A stretch of 64,000 bases of DNA, taken from the NCBI GenBank assembly GCA_965223155.1, contig CBDCVR010000013.1, positions 768,001 to 832,000 on the forward strand, in the 5' to 3' direction. The notes below the pieces were generated by a model, which was given only the letters and a program-made list of their open reading frames with translations, searched no databases and had not been told where the DNA came from. The number at the start of each line of letters is the position of its first letter. The first letter of the stretch is position 1. The stretch comes from Candidatus Multivoradales bacterium (GTDB taxonomy: Bacteria; Acidobacteriota; Thermoanaerobaculia; Multivoradales; JAHEKO01). Below are positions 54,841 through 64,000 of this stretch, piece after piece. The translations under genes were made by a program, and so were the position numbers.

Positions 54841-56100
54841 ATGAGAATTTACCCCTTTCAAGGCGTTCGCTACTCGGGTTCCGAGCCCGGACGCCACGCC
54901 GCGCCTCCCTACGACCAGATCAACGACGCGCTGCGGGACCAGCTGCACGCCGACGAGCTGAGCTTCGCCCAACTCACGCGCCCGGCGGCCACGAACCGAT
55001 CCGAGGGGCACGCCCGCGCCGCGCGGACCCACGCCGACTGGCTCGCCTCCGGAGTGATCGCGGTCGACGACGAACCCGGGCTTTACCCCTATCGCATCGA
55101 GCTCGCCGGCGGCGGCGAACGGTTTGGCCTGGTGGCTCTCGTCGGCATCGAGCCGCCCGACTCTCTGGTCATCCGCCGCCACGAACACACGATCTCGAAG
55201 ACCGTTGACGAGCGCTTGGAGCTGGTGCGCACGCTGCGCGCCGACCTGGGACCGGTTCTGCTCTTGAGCGAGGACGACGGCAGTCTGGACGAGCTGCTGG
55301 CCGCGGATTGCGCCGACGCCCCCCTGGCGGAGCATCAGGACGCCGACGGCAACCGCCACTTCCTCTTCCGCGTCGCCGACAGCGCCCGTCTCGAAGCCTA
55401 CCGCCAAGCCCTCAGAGAGGCTCCGGGCCTTATCGCCGACGGCCACCACCGCTACAAGGTCGGTGGCCTGTTCGCGCGCGAGGCCGGCGCGAAGCCGGGC
55501 GAGGCCGCGGCCGCGAAGCTGGCCGTAGTGACCAGCCTGCGCTCTCGCGCGCTCACCATCGACCCGATTCACCGGGCCTTGCCGGTGCCGGTGCCGCTCG
55601 CCGGCTCCCAGCTCGAAGGCCTGGTGCTCGAGGAACGCCCCACCGAAGCGTCCAGTGGCAGCGCTCTGGCGGCCGCGGTGGCCGAGGCCGGCCAGCCGGC
55701 CCTTGGCATTCTCGACGCACAGGGCGGGCGAATCTTCCGCTTGGAGGCCGGACACGGACCGAACGACCTGCCGGCGGCGGCCTCAGAGCTCTCGGTGGTC
55801 CTCCTCCATCACGCGCTTCTGCCCCGGCTCGGTTTCGCGCCCGGGGCCGCTACAGACGGCACGATCCTCTACCGCTCGGATCCCGACGAGCTTTGGAGCC
55901 TGATCCGCCAGGCCACCGATGGCAACGCCGGTATCGCTGACGGAGCGCCACGAACCGGTATCTTCCTGCCGCCCATGAGTGCCGAGGGCTTTGCCGGTGC
56001 CATCGCCGACGGAGACATCTTGCCGCCCAAGTCGACTCGCTTCCTGCCCAAGGTGGTGAGCGGCTTGGTGTGGTCCACTCACGAGTCGCGGCTCGGCTAG
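54841..56100 (+). CDS. DUF1015 family protein
   Basis: PFQGVRY, APPYD, RHEHT, IADGHHR, PPKSTRFLPK. Confidence 0.9.
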   Translation: MRIYPFQGVRYSGSEPGRHAAPPYDQINDALRDQLHADELSFAQLTRPAATNRSEGHARAARTHADWLASGVIAVDDEPGLYPYRIELAGGGERFGLVALVGIEPPDSLVIRRHEHTISKTVDERLELVRTLRADLGPVLLLSEDDGSLDELLAADCADAPLAEHQDADGNRHFLFRVADSARLEAYRQALREAPGLIADGHHRYKVGGLFAREAGAKPGEAAAAKLAVVTSLRSRALTIDPIHRALPVPVPLAGSQLEGLVLEERPTEASSGSALAAAVAEAGQPALGILDAQGGRIFRLEAGHGPNDLPAAASELSVVLLHHALLPRLGFAPGAATDGTILYRSDPDELWSLIRQATDGNAGIADGAPRTGIFLPPMSAEGFAGAIADGDILPPKSTRFLPKVVSGLVWSTHESRLG

Positions 56101-56152
56101 ACGGCCGAGCGCGTTTTCGACAACGACCCGGTCCGAGCCCGAGAAGCCTCTG

Positions 56153-56545
56153 ATGCCGACGTTCAAGCGGCCCGACGGCAAGCCGCAGGTTCACTTCGAC
56201 CCGGCTCTGGAGATCACTCCGTTCACGCTCTACCGGCGCTTGCGCGACGGCCGCGCGCCCGTCCTCGTCGACGCTCGGTCTGAGCCGGCGACCCCGCGCA
56301 GCCTCGCCGGAGCCCTGCACCGGCCTGACGCGGGCTGGCGTCCGGCCGGCAAGGACGTGGACGTGGTCGTCTTCGACGAGGACGGCTCGGAAGCGATGGA
56401 CTGGGTTCTGGAACTCCAGCACGAAGGCTACAGCCGGGTGCGCCTGCTCTTCGGTGGACTCGACCTCTACGAATTCTCGCTCGATCCCGAGGTGGTGGGC
56501 GACGAAACCTTCCTGAATGGCACTGGCCTGATCGACACTGGCTAG
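56153..56545 (+). CDS. Rhodanese-like domain protein (no catalytic Cys)
   Basis: LVDARS, LAGA, VVVFDEDG, L.GG fold signature. Confidence 0.75.
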   Translation: MPTFKRPDGKPQVHFDPALEITPFTLYRRLRDGRAPVLVDARSEPATPRSLAGALHRPDAGWRPAGKDVDVVVFDEDGSEAMDWVLELQHEGYSRVRLLFGGLDLYEFSLDPEVVGDETFLNGTGLIDTG

Positions 56546-56572
56546 GCCGCAACGCCGACTGAGCGCCGGCGC

Positions 56573-57602
<1,030 letters not shown>

Positions 57603-57613
<11 letters not shown>

Positions 57614-59483
57614 CTTCGTCTCCTTGGAGGATCGTCCGGATGCGGTCGTATAGCTCGCTCCGGAAGAAGGGCTTGCCTTCGACCTTGGTGTACGAGTGGA
57701 CGTCCTTCAGGAACGTGCCGCGTAGCACGAAGGCAAGCTGGCCCATGTTCATCTCGGGTACCAGGACGCGCGGGTAGCGCTCCAGCAGAGCACCCAGATT
57801 CCGGGGAAAGGGGTTCAGATGGCGCAAATGGGCACGGGCGACCTTGAAGCCGTCCTTGCGGGCCAGATTGACGGCGCCGGTGATGGCTCCGAGGGTACTG
57901 CCCCAACCCAGCACCAGCAGCTCCGCGTCGGCGTCGCCGGCCACCTCCAACTCGGGAAGATTATCGGCGATCCGCGCGACCTTCTCGGCCCGCAGGTCGG
58001 TCATGAGCTGATGGTTGGCCGGATCGTAGGACACGTTGCCGGTCAGGTTCTCCTTCTCGAGGCCGCCGATGCGGTGCTCGAGTCCCGGAGTACCCGGAAT
58101 GGCCCAGGGACGTGCCAGCGTGTCCTCGTCACGCGAGTACGGCTGGTAGTTCTCGGGATCTTGGTGAAAATCCCGGCGCAGGTCGGGGAGATCCTCGATC
58201 TTGGGCAGCATCCAGGGCTCCGAACCATTGGCGATGTAGCCATCCGAGAGCAGCATCACCGGCACCATGTACTTGAGCGCGATACGGCAGGCTTCGATGG
58301 TGGCCTCGAAGGCGTCGCCTGGAGTCGCGGCGGCCACGACCGGCAGCGGGCACTCACCGTTACGGCCGTAGAGGGCCTGCAACAGGTCGGACTGCTCGGT
58401 CTTGGTGGGCAATCCGGTCGAGGGTCCGCCGCGCTGGATGTTGCAGACCACCAGGGGCAGCTCGACCATAACCGCCAGCCCCAGAGCCTCGCCCTTGAGG
58501 GCCAGGCCGGGACCACTGGTCGTCGTCACCGCCAGGGCGCCGCCGAAGGCCGCGCCCACCGTCGAACAGACAGCGGCGATCTCATCCTCGGCCTGAAACG
58601 TGGTTACTCCGAAGGACTTGTACCGCGACAGCTCGTGCAGGATGTCGCTGGCTGGGGTGATCGGATAGGACCCGAGAAAGAGCGGCAAACCGCTCCTGCG
58701 GCTGGCCGCCACCAGTCCTAGCGCCACTGCGCTGTTGCCCATGACGTTGCGGTAGGTGCCCGGGGGCAGGGTCGCTGGATCCACCTCGTAACGCGTCTGA
58801 AACGCCTGGGTGATGTCGCAGTAGTTGTAGCCGGCCTTCATCGCCAGGATGTTGGCCTCGGCGATCTCGGGACGCTTGGCGAACTTCTTGCGCAGCCAGT
58901 CGATCGAGGTGTCCAGCGGCCGGCTGAACAGCCAGTAAACCATCCCCAGGGCCAGAAAGTTCTTGCACCGGTTCTTGGTGCGACCGTCGAGGTCGACTTC
59001 CTCGAGCGCGCGCATGGTCATCTTGGTGATTCCGGCCGTATAGACCCGGTACTGCGCCAGTGAGTCGCCTTCGAGCGGACTGGTCTCGTACCCGGCCTTC
59101 TTCAGATTCCCGGCCTTGAACTCGTCGGTGTTGACGATCAGGATGCCGTTGGGCTTCAAATCCCCGATCGATTTCTTGAGAGCCGCCGGATTCATCGCCA
59201 CCAAGACATCCGGACGGTCCCCCGGCGTGTGGATGTCGTAGTCCGCGATCCGGACCTGAAAGGCCGAAACCCCGGGCAGAGTGCCCGCTGGGGCGCGAAT
59301 CTCCGCCGGGAAGTCCGGCAAGGTGGCCAGATCGTTGCCAACCAGTGCGGAGGTGCTGGTGAACTGGCTCCCGGTCAACTGCATGCCGTCGCCGGAGTCT
59401 CCGGCAAACCGGACGACGACGTCGTCTAGCCGCTCGGCGACGACGTTTCTCGGGGTCGACTCTTCGGCACTCGTCTCTGTCAT
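57603..59483 (-). CDS. korA: 2-oxoacid:ferredoxin oxidoreductase alpha subunit (fused gamma-alpha)
   Basis: AGDSGDG, YPITPAS, QAEDEIAA, TSGPG, QRGGPSTGLPT. Confidence 0.95.
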
Positions 59484-59515
59484 GAAAGTCCTCGGATGCT
59501 CGTTCCGAGCCGGCG

Positions 59516-60139
59516 TCAGGCCGCCGGGCTCTGTTGGTCGCCCTGGCGGCGCCTGGCCTCGGCGACAAGGTCGATGATGCCTTCACGGATCAGGGCGCGT
59601 TGCGCTTCTTCCTCGGGATAGCGCGGGCGGTAGCCGAGCTGGCTCGGGTCATAGGTGTAGGGCTTTTGCAGCTCTTCTTTGGTGGCGATCGATTGGTCGC
59701 GGCTGAAATAGGCCATGTCGTAGTTGTTGCTCATGATGATGGCTTCTTCTGGGCAAGCGTCGACGCAGTACCCGCAGAAGACGCAACGCAGCATGTCGAT
59801 GTCGTAGACAATTGGATACTTCTCCACGTTGACGTCGGGATGTTCCCCGGCCTCGATGTGAATGCATTCGGCCGGGCAGGCGGTCGCGCACAGAAAGCAG
59901 GCCACGCAGCGAAGCGAGCCGTCCGGCCTGGTGGTCAGGATGTGGTGGCCGCGAAAGCGGTGGGAGTACGCCCGGCGCTCTTCCGGGTAGTGAATGGTGT
60001 AGCTCCGTCCCCGGCCCAGGAGGTTGCGGACGAAGTGGCGCATGGTGATCCACAACCCCTTGACCAGGGGCAGGTACAGCCTCTCGGCCAGTGTATAGCG
60101 GTACGGGCGGGTCGCGGTCGGATGAGGCGAGCCGGTCAT
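59516..60139 (-). CDS. nuoI: NADH-quinone oxidoreductase subunit I
   Basis: YPEE, RFRG.H, CVACFLCATACP and CVFCGYCVDACP; ATGA overlap with nuoCD. Confidence 0.93.
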   Translation of the reverse strand: MTGSPHPTATRPYRYTLAERLYLPLVKGLWITMRHFVRNLLGRGRSYTIHYPEERRAYSHRFRGHHILTTRPDGSLRCVACFLCATACPAECIHIEAGEHPDVNVEKYPIVYDIDMLRCVFCGYCVDACPEEAIIMSNNYDMAYFSRDQSIATKEELQKPYTYDPSQLGYRPRYPEEEAQRALIREGIIDLVAEARRRQGDQQSPAA

Positions 60140-61842
60140 CGTTCCAGCTCCCCGGCAATAACGTTGAGACCGCCAAGAGAGACAACCGCATCGGAGATCG
60201 TGCCCCCTTCGATCAGACTCGAAAACGTCGAGAAGATCGGGAAACACGGCGGCCGCACCTTCAAGCGATAGGGCTTGCCGGAGCCGTCCGAGACGGCGTA
60301 GAAGCCCAGCTCGCCGTTGGCGCCCTCCACCATCGAGTAGAGCTCGCCGGGAGGTACCTGAATGCCGTCCATGATGAGCTTGAAGTGATAGATCATCGAC
60401 TCCATGTGGGTGTAGGCCCGGTCCTTGGGCGGCAGCGCCACATGGGGATCGTCGACGATGTGGGGCCCTTCGGGCATGCCCCGGTCCAGAAGCTGGCGGA
60501 TGATCTTGAGGGACTCGCGAGCTTCGGCCATGCGCACGCGGTAGCGGTCGTGAACGTCGCCACCGTGGAGCACCGGAACGCTCCAATCCACGGTGTCGTA
60601 GAGATCGTAGGGATGGTCCCGCCGGACGTCGTAGTCGACCCCTGAGGCCCGTAGACACGGGCCCGTCCAGCCCCAGTTGACGGCGTCCTCGCCGCAGATC
60701 GCGGCCACGCCCACCGCGCGGTCGAGCCAGATCCGGTTGCGGGTGATGAGGCCCTCGACGTCGTCCAGAAAGGCCGGGATGGTCTCCAGGAGACGCCGGC
60801 TGCGCGCTTCGAAATCTGGCGGCAGGTCGTTGGCGAGCCCACCGATGCGGCAATAGGAAACCGTGAGCCGCGCCCCGGCGCAGGCCTCGAGTAGGCCGTA
60901 AATCTCCTCCCGCGGTTGAAACAGATACCAGAAATTGGTCAAGGCACCGGCGTCAACCAGGGTCGATCCGTTGCACACACAGTGGTCCATGATCCGGGAG
61001 AACTCGGACAGAATGGTCCGCGCCCAAGCCGCCTTGGGCGGCGCCTCGATGCCGAGGAGCTTCTCGACCGTTCGGCAGTAGGCAACGTTGTTGATCAATG
61101 ACGAGCAGTAGTTGAGGCGGTCGGTGTACGGGATCACCTGCTGCCAGGTATGGGTCTCGGCCATCTTCTCGAAGCAGCGGTGCAGGTAGCCGATCTCGAC
61201 TTCGCTGGCGGTGATGATCTCCCCGTCCAGGTTGGCCACCACGCGGAAGGTCCCGTGCATCGCCGGATGCGAGGGACCGATATTGATGGTCATCTGCTCG
61301 AACATGTCGTCCGGGCTCTTGACCTCAGGCTCGGGCAGGGGCCGGTAGACCTTGTCGTCGGTCAGGATCCAGCGCCGGGCCGGGTCGTAGTCCTTGCGTA
61401 GCGGGTGGCCCTGAAAGGCATCGTGGGTCAGGATCCGGCGCAGGTTCGGATGCCCGTCGAAGCGGAGGCCGAACATGTCCCAGGCCTCGCGCTCGAACCA
61501 GTCGGCGGCTTTCCAGACTTCCGTGAGCGACGGCAGCACCGGATCCTCTTCGGGCACCGGAACCTTGAGGCGCAAGCGCTCGTGGCGGCTCACCGAATAG
61601 AGGTGGTAGACGGCTTCGAAGCGGTCTTCCCCGCTCCCCGCGCGCTCGGGATAGTCGACCCCGCACAGGTCCAGCAGCAAATCGAAGCCACGCTCCCGGT
61701 CGGCCTGGAGGGCGCGGGCGACGCCGGCCAGAGCCTCGCGCCGGACGATCCAGGTCGGCTGGTCCAGGCCTTCGAGCTGGGTGACGCCGTCGCTGGCGAC
61801 GCCGTCAAGCAGCGGCGCTGGAGCCGTTTCCGTTACCGGCAC
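60136..61842 (-). CDS. nuoCD: Fused NADH-quinone oxidoreductase subunit C/D
   Basis: [22 protein letters not shown] (NuoC); [23 protein letters not shown] (NuoD); no NiFe CxxC motifs. Confidence 0.93.
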   Translation of the reverse strand: MPVTETAPAPLLDGVASDGVTQLEGLDQPTWIVRREALAGVARALQADRERGFDLLLDLCGVDYPERAGSGEDRFEAVYHLYSVSRHERLRLKVPVPEEDPVLPSLTEVWKAADWFEREAWDMFGLRFDGHPNLRRILTHDAFQGHPLRKDYDPARRWILTDDKVYRPLPEPEVKSPDDMFEQMTINIGPSHPAMHGTFRVVANLDGEIITASEVEIGYLHRCFEKMAETHTWQQVIPYTDRLNYCSSLINNVAYCRTVEKLLGIEAPPKAAWARTILSEFSRIMDHCVCNGSTLVDAGALTNFWYLFQPREEIYGLLEACAGARLTVSYCRIGGLANDLPPDFEARSRRLLETIPAFLDDVEGLITRNRIWLDRAVGVAAICGEDAVNWGWTGPCLRASGVDYDVRRDHPYDLYDTVDWSVPVLHGGDVHDRYRVRMAEARESLKIIRQLLDRGMPEGPHIVDDPHVALPPKDRAYTHMESMIYHFKLIMDGIQVPPGELYSMVEGANGELGFYAVSDGSGKPYRLKVRPPCFPIFSTFSSLIEGGTISDAVVSLGGLNVIAGELER

Positions 61843-62317
61843 TTGGACTCTTGGCTTTCCTCGAGCGCTTCCGGTCGCGTTCGATCTTCTGTTTGAGCTG
61901 GAGAATGCCGTGAATCAGCCCCTCCGGCGTGGGCGGGCAGCCGGGGACGTAGACGTCCACGGGCACGATCTCGTCGATGCCCTGCATGACGTGGTACGCC
62001 CGGTAGAAACCTCCCGAGCACGCGCAGGCTCCCATCGAGATAACCCACTTGGGATCCGGCATCTGGTCGTAGATCCGGCGCAGCACCGGTCCCATCTTGT
62101 CGGTGATGGTGCCGGCGACGATCATGACGTCGCTCTGCCGGGGCGAGAACCGGACGACCTCGTAGCCGAACCGGGACATGTCGTAGTGGCTCGACACCGT
62201 GCCCATGAACTCGATGGCGCAGCAAGCGGTGCCGAACGGCAGCGGCCAGAACGAGTTGTTGCGGCCCCAGTCTTCGAGCTTTTCGAGCGTGGTCGTTACC
62301 CAGGATTCGCCGATCAC
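61805..62317 (-). CDS. nuoB: NADH-quinone oxidoreductase subunit B
   Basis: [26 protein letters not shown]. Confidence 0.95.
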   Translation of the reverse strand: MIGESWVTTTLEKLEDWGRNNSFWPLPFGTACCAIEFMGTVSSHYDMSRFGYEVVRFSPRQSDVMIVAGTITDKMGPVLRRIYDQMPDPKWVISMGACACSGGFYRAYHVMQGIDEIVPVDVYVPGCPPTPEGLIHGILQLKQKIERDRKRSRKAKSPSAGNGNGSSAAA

Positions 62318-62459
62318 GGCCGCTCCTCTCGCGGGCAGCTTAGCGCATGTTCGTGGCGGTCACAAGCTAGCTCGCGGGCTGCCACGGACTCATAATAGCG
62401 TCCGTTTGGACCACCCTGAGAGGGCCCCGTACCGAGCTCGCTCCGGGTCTGCTCGAGGC

Positions 62460-63608
62460 TCAATCGGACGGATCTTGGGCAGCTCCGGACGCCGTCGCGA
62501 GGCGCTCCTCGAAGCGCCGAACCCTGGAGTTCTCGGGATCCTGCTCGAGAGCCCGGTCCAACCAAACCCGGGCGCGCTCGAGGTCTCCCCGAGCCGCGGC
62601 GACACCACCCAGCGCGACCATCAACTCGGGTTCTTTCTTGCCCAGGCGCCGGCCCCGCCGGTAGAAGCGCTCGGCTTCATCCAGGGCCCCGCGCTCGAAG
62701 CTCAGGTCGCCCAGCGCCAGGTACACGAAGGGGTTCTTGGTCTTGAACCGATCCAGGAGATCCAGGAGCTCGGTCGCCCCTTGCCGGTCGCCCCGAAGGT
62801 GGTAGAGAGCCGCCAGGTTCTGGTACGCGGGCAGGAAGTCGTCTTCGACCTCGATCGCGCGCCGGTACGCGGACTCGGCCCGATCCGGCTGGCCGAGCCG
62901 GCGCGCCGCTACTCCCAAGTTGACCCAGGCGTCGGGCAGCTCAGGCTCGAGCTCGACGGCGGCCTCGAGCCAGGGCAGCGCCCGCGCGGCGTCGCCATCC
63001 CGCAGCAACTCGGCGCCGCGGTTGCTGTGGTAATACGCACGCGCCATCGCGTCGGTGATGCGCTCGGCACGCCGGTAGTCGACATCCGGCCCGACTTGAA
63101 ATTCCAGAATGCGCCGGTCGGGGCCGTCATCGAAGCCCACCGTGACATGGCCGGCGACGATCACCAAGTCGCCCTCCTTGCGGTAGGTCTCGCGGTCGCT
63201 GACGTCCATGTAGAAAGCGTCGATCTCGAGCTCCCGCGCCAGGGCCACCACCAGGTGGCTGTAGGCAAGGCAGTTGATCCGCCCGTGCCCGAACGCTTCC
63301 TCGGCGGTCGCGGTATGACCCTCAACGTAACGGATGCGCGGACCGGTCGGGTCGTACTGAAGAGCCTTCAAGAGCAGAGCCAGCCGGTCGAAGCTCCTGA
63401 GACCTGAAGGCACCACTCCAGCCGCCCAGGCGCTCATCTCCGCCGTGACCATGTCCGGCCGGATGGGTAGCTCCGGCAGGCGAGCTTCCAGGCCGGAAGC
63501 GGTCGCGGGGGGGCTGTCGGCGGCCGGGACCGGCCAAGCGGGCATCGGCGGCACGCCCAAGAGGCACGCGCCGAGAACCGCCACGAGCCTCAGCTCAGTC
63601 GATGTCAC
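62460..63608 (-). CDS. Secreted transglutaminase-like/TPR protein
   Basis: Signal peptide; TATAEEAF..GRINCLAYS, GHV; NRGAE followed by several TPRs. Confidence 0.75.
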   Translation of the reverse strand: MTSTELRLVAVLGACLLGVPPMPAWPVPAADSPPATASGLEARLPELPIRPDMVTAEMSAWAAGVVPSGLRSFDRLALLLKALQYDPTGPRIRYVEGHTATAEEAFGHGRINCLAYSHLVVALARELEIDAFYMDVSDRETYRKEGDLVIVAGHVTVGFDDGPDRRILEFQVGPDVDYRRAERITDAMARAYYHSNRGAELLRDGDAARALPWLEAAVELEPELPDAWVNLGVAARRLGQPDRAESAYRRAIEVEDDFLPAYQNLAALYHLRGDRQGATELLDLLDRFKTKNPFVYLALGDLSFERGALDEAERFYRRGRRLGKKEPELMVALGGVAAARGDLERARVWLDRALEQDPENSRVRRFEERLATASGAAQDPSD

Positions 63609-63993
63609 CTCGCGCGCCCTGGAGACGCTGCTTGAGCTCGGCCAGAGACGCTACGTGCTTCTCCTGCTTTCCCACCACCGTCCGGAACACCTCCGCGGCC
63701 TCCTCCCCGTCCACGTCCCGAATCATCTTGGGATACAGAACCTGATTCTCGTAGCGCTCCTCGGCCAGGGCGTCGGCAATCGAGCGCTCGGCCGGGCGCA
63801 CCTGGCCCGCCGCCTCGAGCTGGCGGATGGCGAGAGCGTCCTTCTCGTGAGCCAGCTCGAGCCAGCGCTTCGAGAGATTCGCACGGCCCTCGCGCTCGGC
63901 GGCGCGGGCGTACGCTCGAAACTTGGCCGCGGCCGCGGCCTCACAGGCGAAACCGGTCTTCAGATGCTCTCTTGCTCGGGGTACTCGCGACAC
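63595..63993 (-). CDS. Rubrerythrin/ferritin-like protein with degenerate ligands
   Basis: E.....K...YA..AEREG, E.YE...LYP, QEKH four-helix pattern. Confidence 0.7.
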   Translation of the reverse strand: MSRVPRAREHLKTGFACEAAAAAKFRAYARAAEREGRANLSKRWLELAHEKDALAIRQLEAAGQVRPAERSIADALAEERYENQVLYPKMIRDVDGEEAAEVFRTVVGKQEKHVASLAELKQRLQGARGDID

Positions 63994-64000
63994 GCGTTGG

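Noticed and set aside
56153-56545. Cys-less rhodanese as a novel enzyme
   Set aside because: Cys-to-Asp inactive rhodanese domains are common
60136-61842. Group 4 NiFe hydrogenase large subunit
   Set aside because: No N- or C-terminal CxxC Ni ligands; motifs match NuoC/D
62460-63608. Transglutaminase-like protein as the missing lasso B2 peptidase
   Set aside because: It has a signal peptide and TPRs, lies 24 kb away, and lacks the B2-type architecture

Overview
High-GC bacterial chromosomal segment; the gene style suggests Acidobacteriota or a similar diderm lineage (inference only). Left part (1-27 kb) is mostly housekeeping: lon, AGCS symporter, pterin genes folM/folB/folK, PilZ-like TIGR02266 protein, class A PBP, tatD, fdhD, mobA, an M16 peptidase pair, fused 2-oxoacid dehydrogenase E1, alr and a two-permease RND pump. 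The centre (27-49 kb) is the unusual part. A three-gene c-di-GMP module (sigma54 activator with degenerate GGDEF and intact I-site; REC-PAS-GGDEF-EAL; propeller-YYY-GGDEF) converges on a tightly coupled minus-strand operon preceded by a sigma54-type promoter. That operon encodes a 679-aa secreted DUF11 protein, a 2754-aa DUF11/SdrD-B/C25-protease surface protein, an unannotated 68-aa lasso-peptide precursor, an Asn-synthetase-like lasso cyclase and an HPr-kinase-like protein, with no lasso B1/B2 genes. The small protein ends one strand short of a complete DUF11 domain, and the giant protein carries that missing Asn-bearing strand as an orphan, suggesting a natural split isopeptide (Tag/Catcher-like) pair. 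The right part has Csd6-like L,D-peptidase/TPR genes, an ECF sigma/anti-sigma/PDZ locus, yihY, DUF1015 and a nuoB-nuoCD-nuoI-korA-korB operon. No rRNA, tRNA, CRISPR array or transposase was recognised.
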